A stretch of DNA of 63,840 nt, counting the filler, from Phoronis australis (lineage: Eukaryota > Animalia > Phoronida), in the NCBI GenBank assembly GCA_002633005.1. It is 9 parts of 9 records of this genome, joined end to end, with 100 filler letters (N's around TTAATTAATTAA, not from the genome) between each part and the next. Parts side by side here need not be neighbours in the genome. Positions count along the whole stretch, not along the records: positions 1 to 3,706 come from NMRA01002881.1; positions 3,807 to 9,062 come from NMRA01002381.1; positions 9,163 to 21,035 come from NMRA01000948.1; 6 more parts are not named here. One strand, 5' to 3'. The translations under genes and the position numbers were made by a program. The notes below the pieces were generated by a model. It searched no databases, was not told where the DNA came from, and was given only the letters and a program-made list of their open reading frames with translations. Shown piece after piece: positions 1-12,375 of this stretch. Position 1 is the stretch's first letter. Every line of letters begins with the position of its first letter.

Positions 1-20
1 AAGATGAAGGCTTGACTTAC

Positions 21-57
21 ACGTTCTGTATCGTGAAGCATATCCGCATAAGCTGCC
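21..57 (-). CDS. PRMT7: PRMT7 coding exon 2 (37 nt; (R)AAYADMLHDTER); gene continues left of the window
   Basis: Minus strand reads tttatag|G GCA GCT TAT GCG GAT ATG CTT CAC GAT ACA GAA CGT|gtaag. This matches PRMT7 'RSSYADMLHDKDR', and the phase-2 junction fits exon 1. Confidence 0.92.
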
Positions 58-911
58 CTATAAATAGAAATTTTAGATTGAAAATTGAAATTAACAATAC
101 ATACTCGATCCTTAGATATTTCCAAGCCCTGGTGCAGAGTCTAATACAGGAGAACTGAACTTGAACTCTTGCCATTGCACTGAAATGAGTACATTTTTGG
201 GACACCTGTACATGTATTCATAAATTTTTTTTTCTCAGATTTTCTGTGGAACATAGACTAATGCACGACATGGACAAATTCAACTTTACCTAGGAGTCTA
301 TCCTCAGGTTGCCCTATGGTTCATTCCTATGGGGCGCATCTCCGTCAACACTTCCATTACCCACTGATGTGACCTAAGGTTAACTTCTAGTTAAGTTGTA
401 GTAGAGCGCAGGGTGAACCAATTGCTCACTCACAGAAAGGTAAAAAGTATTGGTGGGTCTGTCTCCAAATCTTGGCATTTTGATAATTTCAAAATTAGCT
501 TGCATCCCTGCAGCCGGTCATTACCAGTCTCACCCCTCCCTCCAGTCGTCGCCAATCCATATGTCCACCAGTCAATGCCAAGTTTTCACCCCTTAATCTA
601 CAAATTATAGGAAGTGGGGGAGATGTGTACCTTTTCATGAATCAGTGAATGGGTACAATTCACTGCCAGAAAATTATCAGGCAATTGACCCTTGGCTGAA
701 CAGTTTGGATGCTCAACTCTCATGACAGTAGCCCACATTGGATATCCAATGGTGCCATGTAGATTTTTCAATATATTAATCAACAAGGGGTGTTGAAGAG
801 TGCAAAGTACACGATAAAAGTAGCTGTATGAAGACTACATAACTTTGCATCGAGGCTAGACAAAAGCACCTCTACAGATGTGCTGATGTTACAGCCCAAA
901 TTGATATGGCA

Positions 912-1225
912 TGAGTTGGTGAGCCAAACTGATGCCTCAGCCAAACTGATGCTCGAGTCAAACTTAAGCTACCGTAAGCTCCCAAATTACTGCCAATGAC
1001 TTATATGTTTTTTTAACAGTCATCAGAACTGAAATTGACAACAATATGGTGTGGTGCATATTTTCGCAGGACACTTCTCCACGAGATTAATCCATACGTG
1101 AGCATTCATTGTCATCAATTTTGGGTTCTGATCAATATCAAAAAAATCTATAGACCACTTGCAGTAACTTGGGAACTTACGGTCGCTTCAGTTTGGCACA
1201 GGCATCAGTTTGGCTAACCAACCCA
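912..1225. mobile_element. Small inverted-repeat (MITE-like) element in PRMT7 intron
   Basis: tgagttggtgagccaaactgatgcc (~912-936) is the near-perfect reverse complement of ggcatcagtttggctaaccaaccca (1201-1225), with extra cagtttgg/ccaaactg copies nearby. Confidence 0.5.
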
Positions 1226-1973
1226 TGCTAAATTGAAGTGCACCAAGTCAGTTTGGCGCAGGGATCAGTTTGGGTAGCCAATACTCAGCTCTTACGGGTT
1301 GGTTTACCAATGTTGTGACTTCCGGGTGTGACCTACAGCCAGATAAAGCCTCTCTAAGTCGTTTGCCAACCATCAATTGCCTTTTAGCTCAACAGTTTAG
1401 ATGCTCGGCTCTCACACGTGCAACCTGGGGTAATGTCTCGGAGTCAATGACACTTTCTTCATTGGCGTTCAACAAGGGTACAAAACCTACGACCAGACAG
1501 GACGTCAGCACTCCTCTAGGGCCAGTCCAGAGTCACACTTCATCAACTGCAGAGAAGACCCAGACCAGAGATGTGGCCAACCTGGGGAGGGGGGGGGGCA
1601 GGTGGCACGCTTGATCTATAGAAGTGAGAGGAGGGTTGTGACATGACTTCCAGGAGTGACGTACAGCCAGATACAGACTCTCTAAGTGGCTGGTCAAGCG
1701 GCAATTGCCTCTTGGTTAAACGGTTTCGATGCTGGGCTCTCACACCAGTGCTGGAGTCTCTGACTACACTTCACTCTACACTACAGTATATGCTGCAAAA
1801 GCAGCAAGGCATTTGAAATAAAGTGTTCCTGAATGCCTCAACAATTTCAATGACTTTTGAATGGCTCTAATCACTAGAGTAAATCCTAAACACCTCAGGA
1901 TTTTTGAAAAGGATATTGAAAATATGATTTCTAATTTGGTAATCACAGAAAATTATGACAAAACAACAATCAC

Positions 1974-2068
1974 CTAGCAATTTCTTGGTGATAATCATAA
2001 TTCTCATCCTCAATAACCCATTCATATTTGCCTGTTACTGGGCAGACACGTGATGAGAATACACTCAT
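1974..2068 (-). CDS. PRMT7: PRMT7 coding exon 1 ([32 protein letters not shown])
   Basis: Matches the PRMT7 N-terminus ([25 protein letters not shown]). 95 nt ending AG|gtgatt, and it splices in frame to 21-57. Confidence 0.93.
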
Positions 2069-2483
2069 CTCAGTGAGACTTCTCGTAATGAGTAAAGGTA
2101 TGAATTGCTTAATACAGAACTGAGTCAGACTCATGTGAGCATGGAGGCTGACATGTTTTCCCAGAGTTCCGCACATACGAAACTGATTAAAGGAAAGAAT
2201 GTCGAACGTCATATACAATATAGTAAACTTTTGTTTACATAATGCCTTATTATAGTACTTAAGTTAATTTTTGTCTAAATATGTGGTTTAAAATTGATTT
2301 ATAATGGGACATTTTGACTTATATCACCGTCAGCAGATATACGAAACTGCTTTAAACAATGCTTGCTAGCCAAAATTACGAAATGCGGAAGTTCCGGATA
2401 ACAACCGCCAGATGTCAGAAAACTCCCCTGATAACTGATAAACGATGTTTTGAATTGGTTTGTGAACCTGTCATATTGCCAAG
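2069..2483. promoter_or_regulatory. Putative bidirectional promoter between PRMT7 and IST1
   Basis: 415 bp separate the divergent ATGs. Overlapping opposite ETS-type cores CGGAAGT/TTCCGG lie at 2386-2397. Confidence 0.6.
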
Positions 2484-2574
2484 ATGTTCGGCCAAAAGCG
2501 AGCGAATTATTTAAAGTTAAAAACTAACCTAAGAGTAGTTATTCACCGATTGAAGCTGTTGGAAAAGAAGAAAA
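2484..2574 (+). CDS. IST1: IST1 (ESCRT-III associated factor) first coding exon, MFGQKRANYLKLKTNLRVVIHRLKLLEKKK
   Basis: Matches the IST1 N-terminus (L..NLRL.INRLKLLEKKK). Strong phase-1 donor A|gtaagt at 2574/2575. No further exon recognised before the spacer at 3707. Confidence 0.9.
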
Positions 2575-3706
2575 GTAAGTTTCTGATTGACGTGGTTACA
2601 GGAAGTCAAAGTCAGAGTAGGAGAGATGTTGTTGTAACCGTGCGTTATGCGTTTACTTTACCGCTCTACTCACACACTACTGAATCGTCGATTCAGCATA
2701 AAATCTACTGAACAGCAACAACATTACTGATAGTTTCATTGTTGTCATCATTCTAAAACAATTTACAGTAGATGTTAGTACCGGTTTCATCACTAGTATA
2801 CACACCAACAGGTAGCATTCTGTTTTGTATCACAAATCACATGACTGAAGGGCGTGACACACTATTGTCACAGCGTATCAGTGCTGGTCCTTTAGCGCCG
2901 GGTAAAATCCAGTTAAAAAGATTGTCATTTTATTCAAGACTTTAAAAGAACAACTCTGACCGCACAATTCACTGTTTTACTGGTTGAGTGTTGATGTTGA
3001 TGTAGTAGTATTGTCTATAAATGTTGATTAAAACATGTCTTTTCAAGTTAAATGTTGTAACTGGTCTTGCTCATTTACTCACTTAATGAGGCCGCGATCA
3101 GCAATAAGTAAGCACTGACTGTCTGCAGAACTGACATGGGTTTAGAATAAACGCCAGGTCAAAAATAAGCGCTCAGGCACTAATACGTGACACAATGCTA
3201 CCTATGCTGGTTTTAACTGCCAGTAAATGCACAGCACCAAGTCAGACCTAGATACAGACTGTAAATTTTTCTTTGTGTTATACTGCATACAGGATGTACA
3301 TAGAGCTGTTCAGAAGTTTCAAGACTCGTAATGATTGCCTATATGAACTACCGGTAAATAGGCAAAATGACAAACAAATGATTTTTCATATATATTCTGC
3401 CTATCTTATGTGCAATACAAACAGGCTAGTCTATTTAGAAAATTTCTAAATAAGGAAGACAATACAGTCAGAAATGTGACTGTTTTAGTCATAATAACTG
3501 TGTGAAGCATAGATATTATGGTAGTTGACTGTATATCAGTGTGTGCGATGGTGAACAAAAAAAAAGAGTGCTGGGAATGCTTAACAGTAGATCAGATTCT
3601 TGATATCTGTATCTGAAAACCACTGTTGTTTGTAGCAAGTAAAAATGACAGGTTATTTCTTGGTAGCAACAAACAGGATGTATTGCATATTTGAAAATTT
3701 AATAAT

Positions 3707-3806
3707 NNNNNNNNNNNNNNNNNNNNNNNNNNNNNNNNNNNNNNNNNNNNTTAATTAATTAANNNNNNNNNNNNNNNNNNNNNNNNNNNNNNNNNNNNNN
3801 NNNNNN
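3707..3806. other. Artificial contig spacer (44N-TTAATTAATTAA-44N); identical spacers at 9063-9162, 21036-21135, 23954-24053, 27416-27515, 52930-53029, 55757-55856, 62233-62332
   Basis: Identical 100-bp structure with a six-frame stop linker. Confidence 0.97.
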
Positions 3807-4379
3807 AATAAAAGTGTTTGCGTAAAGATCCGTTTCATGAAGTTTTTAACAAAAATGAAGCGGAAATAGTGCCTTTAAGACTCACGTCTGAAATTTAGTC
3901 TTACGCTTCAGCCCACTATTTCTGAAAAATAATTAAATATCACTTGAGCAAAAGTGCAGTCTCTGAGAATATACACATAACAGTTAGTTTCTGAAATAAT
4001 TTCTGTAAATATTGTTTCTAGATTGTGACGCGCTCAATAGCTAAATCTTCATTCAACAATTTTGAAGTGAGAACGTAACTTCAGACCAATTGTCTATCTT
4101 AGTTACGGTCTTATGCCATAATCATTGTCCAATAACATTTCGCGTTAAGTCAGTATGCAAAGTTTTAAAGAAAATTTGCATGAAGTGGTTTACCCAGGCA
4201 CGCGTGTAAAAGTTCTCACGACTGAGACATTTCACAAAGTCGGCACATAAATTATATGCGACTCACAGGAAATGTGATCGTGGAAAATTCCGAAATCGAA
4301 GGTTTTTGGAAAGTGTGGGTGGTCATGATGGACCTATATAAAGTCTGCACGGAACGGGGGACTTCAGTTTATTATCACT

Positions 4380-4517
4380 ATGGCTCGTCAGATAAATCTC
4401 CAAGACTACAGGCTTAAAGATATTTATCAACAAGCTCGAGATATTCCGACGACGGTCAACTTTCTGAAGACAAACTTCCTACTGTGGTGCCACCTATCAG
4501 TAATAACGATTTGTTAA
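4380..4517 (+). pseudogene. Short ORF (MARQINLQDYRLKDIYQQARDIPTTVNFLKTNFLL...) behind TATA+Inr; possibly a truncated 5' end of a Merlin-type transposase
   Basis: TATATAAA at 4335-4342, TCAGTT at 4364-4369, ATG at 4380. The pattern L.DI....RD....V.FL....L parallels LAEIVEYTRDEDAALQFLRAHNAI of the 18212 transposase. Confidence 0.3.
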
Positions 4518-5362
4518 ACCACTGTAGTTTAGTCTCGCTTTTCAATTACACGAACATCAAGTGTCTGCTTCAATAGTATTTTATTCGCCTTATAATTGTG
4601 TGTTTCTGATTCCTACATTGGTGACCTCGAACAGCGAACACTTACAATGGCAGAGGGACATAGTGATACAAAGCTTGTTACTGACCTTGCCTCAACTCTC
4701 CAGACGCTTGCAATGCAAACAACTCAGGCGGGTCCTCAATCCCTTGATTTTGGGGGCCGAATATCGACCCCACTTTCCTAAGAAAGATATTGAAAAAACA
4801 CCCGAAATTCCCCTCATTAGTCCCAAAATTTCCCCCGAAGTTCGAGTAATTTGTTACTCGCATAGGTAACAATGTGAAAGAGCGTTAATGTTACTTTTGG
4901 CTACCTGAGGCAGAGACTGTGAGGGTTCGGGGTGAGTGCTACTGTGACCGACTCACCACGAAACATTCCCCTCTCAGACAGCACAGGCACCTTTCCTGTC
5001 GAATAATCAAGGGCCCTGCTTTTGAAAATGTGGACCTTTTACTAAGATTCCTGGTGTAAGTTCATAGCTACGAATTGCGCATTCGTCGAATTTTGGTAGT
5101 TTCTGCCTTTTTAGTGGACCTTTGTTGTCTCGTTTTCTACTTGTTTTCGGGGTTTTTGTTTCACTGAAGCGGACCTTTTTGGCCTCTTCGCAAAAACAGG
5201 GGTGCACCCGCCGTGGGTGCGTGCATGTTTAAGTCAAGGAATACGTATGATCGGGCGGACAATTTTCGTCCATTCGACCATCCGCTTTAAATGGCTTTTA
5301 AGAACGCGTGACCCACACGGCCCGGACTTTGATGTGTGAGGGAGCGTGGTGGTGCTTTAAAT

Positions 5363-6080
5363 CAGTGCTGTAGGGTAAAATTAGCGGTAAGTTGGCGCCC
5401 AATGCCTACCGTATTTCCTTGAGCTTTAAATTTTAAAAGTGCGTTGAATTCACAAAACGTGGCTCATAAATATGTAGGCCTATATTTTGGCTCACGAGCC
5501 GGGGTATTTACTTTGAGTCTGCAGTGGCGAATCTAGAGTGTCGCAGAAAGGGGCCCAACCACACAGGAAGACAAAGGTTCGGTATGATGGCGGAGTTTTC
5601 AGTCACCCGTCGGGTGTGTCTTCGGGGAGTGGCGGTATCCCTTCCGAATATGGTATGGCACCATAATTGTTACGGTCACGCGCGCCGGAATGTTCGGCAA
5701 CACTGCTGTCGTCAGCGTAGCAGTGTATTCATGCATAGGCGGCGCAGTACTGAAAAAAGTGGGGGCTATAGCCCCCAGCCCCCCTGTGGTGCACCACCCA
5801 TAGACCATGGGCGGTGCACTGAAAAAAATGGGGGCTATAGCCCCCCTCCCCCCCAGCTCCCTATGGTGCGCCGCCCATGCATTGATGCCGTAAGCTATTG
5901 TCTCAAGACTACGCCCCACTATACCGTCACTTACTGTGCGTAGGCGCTACGTTAAGATGTAAAAAGATGGTTGGCTGCGCCTATGCCCCACTTTTTAACT
6001 TATGGTGCCTAGGCGCTACGTTAAAATGCCTAAAGGTGGTTGGCTGCGCCTAAGTGCGTCTAAGCCCCACTACAGCACTG
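5363..6080. mobile_element. Non-autonomous hAT-type element with nested short MITEs
   Basis: 11-bp TIR CAGTGCTGTAG/CTACAGCACTG and perfect 8-bp TSD CTTTAAAT (5355-5362, 6081-6088). Two CAT(A/G)GGCGG...CC(A/G)CCCAT units sit at ~5734-5880. Confidence 0.85.
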
Positions 6081-6767
6081 CTTTAAATGGCTTTGATTGG
6101 GCGTCCGTGACGGATAATGTTTGTGCACACGACTACCGTCTGAGAGAGCGTGCCGCCTTGTGGTGGTGGTGGTGGTGATGTTGGTGGTTAGTGCCGTCTC
6201 TACGACTACCACACAATTTTTGAAGCGCGCGTATGGTCGAACGCATAATTCGTCAATACGAGCACGCGCTCTCTACTTAATTAGAGAGCGCGTGATCCAA
6301 CTAAGCGGACAGTTTTGTCTGCACGACCACGGCCTTAATATGGCTTGGAGAGGGCGGGGGATAGTTGTTGTTTTGAGAACCATGCGCGTTTAATTTTCCC
6401 CTGTACGTCAACCACCATCGATTTTGTTCGTTTCACAGAACACGTATGGTCAGGTGGACAATTTTTATCCAGAGGGCGACCTCGTGCTTTAAATGGTCAT
6501 AGTGAGCGTAAGGTGCACTGACAACTGAGCGCATGTTTTTTAGCAGTACGACTATCACACGATTTTGTTCGGCTTATTTTGCGTTGTTAAGTTCAACTTA
6601 CGATCTAACTTAGATAACGCGGATAATTTTTATCCATACGATCACGCACTTGTGACTTGAAGAACCCGTGGTCCAAACGGTCATTTTTGTCCATGCAACC
6701 ACGCACTTCGGTGCCAGTACTTATAAGCGTGGGGTCCAGGAGCGGGTCCAGGAAGTAGAGTTAGGGA

Positions 6768-6923
6768 CAGTGCTGTAGTGGGGCGTAGGCGCAGGTAGGC
6801 GCAGCCAACCACCTTTTGGTATTTGAAGGTAGCGCCTACGCACCGTAAGTTACGTTCATTGCTCAAAGTGATGCAGTGGGCTTTGGGCTCCCACTTACCT
6901 CTAATTTTACCACTACAGCACTG
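6768..6923. mobile_element. Short deleted copy of the same hAT family, opposite orientation
   Basis: Same CAGTGCTGTAG TIRs, with both ends matching 5363-6080 reversed. Degenerate TSD gttaggga/gttggggg. Confidence 0.75.
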
Positions 6924-9162
6924 GTTGGGGGGGGGCACAGGAATAACCAGGATTTTGCCACAAGCGTGCACCCAGCCTAAAATGTAGGGATGGTCTCGAA
7001 TGTTTGGGTGTGTGGACCTTCTTACTAAAAAACGGTGACCAGGATTTGTTTAAGGCCTATGCATTGTGCATCCGACCCCCCCCCCAGCCCCCAGCAATTC
7101 GCACCCCGAACTGCCAAATGGTATCTGGGAGAATTTTAAGGGGGGCATGGCCCCTTGCCCCCGCCCCCTAAATCCGCCACTGGGGTCGGGGGGGGGGGGG
7201 GGAAGAATCACCATGTGTTCGTCCCATCCTCTGGGAACGACTCTGGTTTGAACTTGTGAAGAGCGACACTGCGGATAGGACGTGTGTCGCAAAATTGGTT
7301 CAGTTTTTGGCCGCCAGATGACTCCTTTCCATTGAACATGGCGGTGTCAACGGGGAAATAGTGCGAACAAAAACTTGACGATGAAATTGTAAGGGGACAA
7401 GGTAGGAGACATTTTGTTATATTTTTGGATTGAGAACGATGAGAGAAATCGAACGATACCGAAATCATGTGTGTAAGTCAATGTCCTCATATTGTGAACA
7501 ATACCCGCCCGATTCTTCAGTGTCAATCATAACCTTGTCACCCTCGGATTTCCGGCATTGTGTGGTTGGCGCGCGTTTGCTTGTTTTAGTGTTTTGCAGA
7601 CGATAAAATGTAAGGCGTATGGATTTCTACTTTGTACTACTTTTGTGATTTGCCAATGCAATGTCAAAATATGCGTACTCGGTGTTTTTAACCAGTCGTG
7701 TCGTAACCGTATTCCAGGTCATGTGAGAAATACGATTTTTAAGAGAAGGAAGGTGGGACGCCTGATGAGAAGGCAGGTCAGATGCGTTCACAAAAGACGT
7801 TCCATCACCTAGCACGATGTACACAAACTAAAAGCCGTGTGGCCAACAATGACAATGTGCCACCCCTACCACAAGTTGCCTGACGATAGAGAAGAAAGGT
7901 CTACCGTTTCAGGCGGGAGCAGACGATAAAATAGCGAAGACGTCTGATTAGCGCTCACACGTGAGTTTTTTCAGAGTGTGGATGAGACGTTCAATGTACC
8001 TTCTGAACATGTGAACACTTTTGAAACCTGCGCCTCAAAGCTGTCACCAGGTGGCGCAAGAGTAAAGAAGGCTCCCAACCCGTTTCTGGTGGCATCAGGT
8101 GAATTTTTCTTTTTTGAAAGTATGGACAGCTAAATCGATACCGCATCACCACATCAATTTTCAAAAACACCACAGACCAGAGCAATTACGTTGTTTTTGC
8201 CTTACCCAGGGAGGCATATATAGGAATCGTCAATGAGAAAAAAATAAATTCCGTTTAAAGCTTACTATGTAGGATCTTAACGAGAAGTTTGTTCATTCCG
8301 ACAAATATCTATGAAACTGTATAATCTTCCTCTGTAAAAGTGCTTGTTTAGAAAGCTTGCAGAAATTGGTTTATCCCTTATACCAATATGCCATCGATTG
8401 AGACCCGTGACCATCTCTTTCTAGTTAATTTTATCAAAAAAGAAAGTTACATTCATAGCAACATGACAACGGTATCTATAGCATGACAATTTTTTTTGAT
8501 GGAGATGTTGAAAATGAAATCTCAAAGCACTTTTCCAATTTTATGAATTATCATTTTATTTTCGTTCAATGAAGCTTTTAAATTTTTTCATAATAGTCAT
8601 AAAATGCTTATTCTTGATGACTTCTTTTGCAAAAGTGGATCATTTTAAAAACATTCCTAGCAAGTGATTTGGAGAATAGTGCCTAAGCATAAATTTCATC
8701 TGAATCCGATCAGCCTTTTCTGAGATACGATTTTCCGAAGTTTTTAGGGTCCTACAAAACCTCAACGCTTTTATATTGTATACACCTGTATACCTGCGCG
8801 TCATCGGAACTCTAAAATATAATCGAAATGTCCCTAACGTGTATGAATAAATTTGACCTGTGGTAATTGGGGTGAAATCGAAGGTACTGAAGCACTGAAA
8901 GTATATTGATTTTTTTGAAAAGGGGTAGGCATGCTATACAACTGTTGACTAATTTAGTATTGAGTCTGGCCATTCGATAAATTGGGCAAGAGAAATCAAT
9001 CTGTCGCATACTAGTTTGTGGCGCCGCTTTCAGACAAAGATGTCGAAGTGTGGAAATGTAGTNNNNNNNNNNNNNNNNNNNNNNNNNNNNNNNNNNNNNN
9101 NNNNNNTTAATTAATTAANNNNNNNNNNNNNNNNNNNNNNNNNNNNNNNNNNNNNNNNNNNN

Positions 9163-9546
9163 TTTGTAGAAAGGCTGTCATAGGCTACAACTACGTCACA
9201 GAGCGTAAATTTGATGAATCCTAGCTTCCGATTTTACCCGTTTGGGAAACCGGGTTTCAACTGCCGTAGGCTCACTACAATAAGCGTCCCCTCCCCGTGA
9301 AATGAATTTTTCTAAGTGTTTGTTTGAGCCAATACAGTATACAGCTTTCCACCAAGGCTAGGTGATGCAAGACATTATTCTTTGTTGCATTATAGTAACT
9401 GGTCTTGGCTAATTATCATTTTATGACCTGGTCATCCATTCAGCCATTCACGCATGCTGACTCACAATAGAAGCCTGATAAGAGTGAAGGTGGATAAATG
9501 CGGTGTTCCTACAGTTTCTTGTTTTAGTGGATGTGTTCACGACATG
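9163..9546 (+). repeat. Dispersed repeat, near-identical to ~16982-17519
   Basis: Direct match from tttgtaga.aggctgtcataggctacaa to gtgttcacgacatg. Confidence 0.85.
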
Positions 9547-9637
9547 TAGACAGAAATTTGGTTTAACTCTCGCTTCACAATTGCTGAACAAAGATTTAGG
9601 AAGGTAATCAAGAGAGCACTGAACTCTAGAAATAATT

Positions 9638-9797
9638 CATGGATATTATCTCAGTACCTCATGGATATTATCTCAGTACCTCATGGATATTATCTCAGTA
9701 CCTCATGGATATTATCTCAGTACCTCATGGATATTATCTCAGTACCTCATGGATATTATCTCAGTGAGTACCTCATGGATATTATCTCAGTACTTCA
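9638..9797 (+). repeat. 22-bp minisatellite (CATGGATATTATCTCAGTACCT), about 7 copies
   Basis: Head-to-tail near-identical units with no spacers. Confidence 0.95.
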
Positions 9798-9947
9798 CGG
9801 TTGTGACTTAGCACTTTTGCTCAAGTGAGATTTAATTATTTTTCAGAAACAGTTGTACGGAGCTTCAGACCAAATTTCTATCTTATCTTAAATCATTTTT
9901 CATGACACAGACCCATGGTCAGTTTGTATTATTTTTCATGACACAGA

Positions 9948-10740
9948 CCCAGAAGCTTTTCGGCAAATTATGCCACGCACAGACTAAATCATCAAAGTCA
10001 CGTTGTTATAAATACCTTTTGCGCATAGAGGAGCACCTTAGAAGGTTGTCGATGTGTTTAATTCCTTCCAACTCGAACAAATACTCCCGTTATCAAACTT
10101 TTTCTTTGAGCAGTCCCTATTTCAGTTCCCAAAATCGTGAACTCAACATTTTCACTCGGCGCACGCCAAGAGATTCTTTTAACCAGGCCGAAGGTCAGAA
10201 GTTGCGGACCTACTGGCGAACTTTGAAAGCTGAAGTTGCCGTCCTTTACGTACGTGCTGCCGGGAACCAGCCGTGCATTTGCCGTGTTGTTAAACATTAA
10301 AATGTCACATATGTGCACAAAGACTATTAAATGTCATATCAACAGCATTTATTTTTATCAAATACAAACAATAATTCATTGAAATACAATCAGTTTCAAG
10401 TAACGCCAATTAAAGACAAGTATAAGTGGAGGCATTTTGGAAACGAACATTTGACTGACAAGACCGCAGTGGCTCACCTTTGGCCTATTTAAAGATTGAG
10501 GTCATGAAGTCACATCACCTAGCGAGAGCGGTAAAAATTGGAGCGTGCGCAGTATAAAAATGGTGAGTTAACAATTTTGGGAACTGAACGAGCGACTGCT
10601 CGAACAAAAAGTTCGATAACGGAAGTATTTGTTCGAGTTGGAAGGAATTAAACACACCGCCAACCTCCTAAGGTGTCCCTGTGGTGTGTCTTTCATGCTT
10701 TAGCCAGTGCGAAGCATAATTCGCCGAAAACATTCTGGTG
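9948..10740. mobile_element. Foldback/MITE-like element with long imperfect inverted arms
   Basis: ~10030-10135 is the reverse complement of ~10570-10680, and ~9948-9990 of ~10698-10740. Confidence 0.7.
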
Positions 10741-11077
10741 TATGGATCGCCTATAAGAGCTGCATCGCCTCTGGTTCGGGCCAACAGAGGCGATGGTCAT
10801 TGCCTAGTACAATTCCCAGAGTAAGGATTGCTTAGACTTAACGTTGTTGACAACAACCACATGAGATTTTTTTATTGGCACAGTACTACACATCAGTTCT
10901 CTTCCGTTGTTGGAATAGAATGAGTTAGATGCAATTGCCAACTGGATTGAGAGTGAGAGCAAGAAACACTGAAGTTGACTTAGCTCAACATCTCAACAGC
11001 AGAATTGCTACACATTGAATGGCTTGATCTATAGACGTTGTTATAACTGATTGAGGTGAAGGGCACTGGTCGGATAT

Positions 11078-11164
11078 GGCGGTCCCGGATTTTGAGAACC
11101 AGGCAATCACTGAATAGCGGACCCATTATTCAGTAGATAAAACTGGTTCTCAAAATCAGGGACC
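11078..11164. mobile_element. Hairpin MITE
   Basis: Inverted repeat ggtcccggattttgagaaccag ... ctggttctcaaaatcagggacc. Confidence 0.65.
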
Positions 11165-11789
11165 AGTGGCAGTGGCAGTGCCGAGGTCAAGTTGGCACAG
11201 TGCACACAGCTACATCACAATATTAAGGCTTAATGGCGTATTACTTACTCGTCAATAATAATTTAAATCGGATCAAACCGCAAATAGTTTCACCAAACTA
11301 ATTAGTGATGGCGATCATCACACCACGGAGGCTGCGCATGGTCATAAGAGTGAGTGAGCTAAGTAATGGGATGATCGATCATCGATGGGTTCGGCCTCCG
11401 GGTGATTACTGAGACAGAACGATTCCTCGGTATTTCTGGTAGTAAATCAATGGAAAAATGCCGGGGAATCGCGGTTCTTAGGACATACAATATAAAGAAA
11501 CACAAAAATCAAAACTTACCGAGACTGTTTTGGTGAGCAGTAATCAACTGAAGATAGAAACTTTATTTACCGTGAAACTTCGAAAAACGCGGGAGATCAA
11601 TACAGTGGCCTCAGTGATTCAAAATAACGTTTCGAATTTTACCACCAATTAAAATTTAAGAAAAACCTATAAAAAATCTTTCAAAATATTTAAATTAATG
11701 GAATTGCGTTGAATGGTTGATTTTCCTACTCAATCATCAATAATTTATATTGAGTAAACTAAAAATACAACTATATAAAAAGAAAAGCC

Positions 11790-11867
11790 CAGCCTTGTCA
11801 CCAAGCCTCGAGATGGCGCTGATGGCAAAGCCGATCAGCGTCATCTTGAGGCTTGGGGACGAGGCTG
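11790..11867. mobile_element. Hairpin MITE
   Basis: Inverted repeat cagccttgtcaccaagcctcgagatggcgctgat ... atcagcgtcatcttgaggcttggggacgaggctg. Confidence 0.65.
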
Positions 11868-12143
11868 AAGAAAAGCCGGAGTGGTTCCTTAGCATAGCCT
11901 GTAGATGACTGACACGCAGGTATCATTCAGTAGCACGCGCTTTATCACTGATTGGGGTAATCTAGGCAATCATTGGTTAGCTTTACAACAAAGAAAGAAA
12001 ATTTCGGATGAACGATTTTTAACCTTGTCATGCAAGTGGTGACTGTTTGGTCATTAGCCGCCGGTGCTTATAGCAAAGCCTGCACAAAATGAACACGCAT
12101 CTGGCAAATTTAACCCTTTGTGTTATTCATACTGTGAGAATAC

Positions 12144-12375
12144 AGGGGCCCGTTTCAAGGAAAACTGACTTAGCTAAGACAAATCTTAAATTCCCTTCAG
12201 TTCAATTTTAAAACCAAACTTAAAATTGTCTCAACGGTCTATGCTGTTTTTACTTTGTCTTCAGTAATTTTGACTATCCATCTTTATTAGTGGATGGGGA
12301 AGTTTTAGAGTTTGGAAGTTGAGCCAAATCTTATACTTAACTTACGAACTTAAGTCAGTTTCTTGTAACCAGGCC
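12144..12375. mobile_element. PIF/Harbinger-type MITE
   Basis: Imperfect TIRs ggcccgtttcaaggaaaactgactta ... taagtcagtttcttgtaaccaggcc. Confidence 0.55.

Noticed and set aside
7112-7130. ggtatctg as the missing Merlin left TIR
   Set aside because: Only an 8-bp match, on a different contig and inside an unrelated MITE.
7640-8030. Possible THAP domain remnant (VKICVLG...CRN; YHKLPDD; CEHF)
   Set aside because: The motifs are in different frames and too far apart, so support is too weak.
9638-9797. CRISPR-like repeat array
   Set aside because: No spacers, eukaryotic context and no cas genes. It is a minisatellite.
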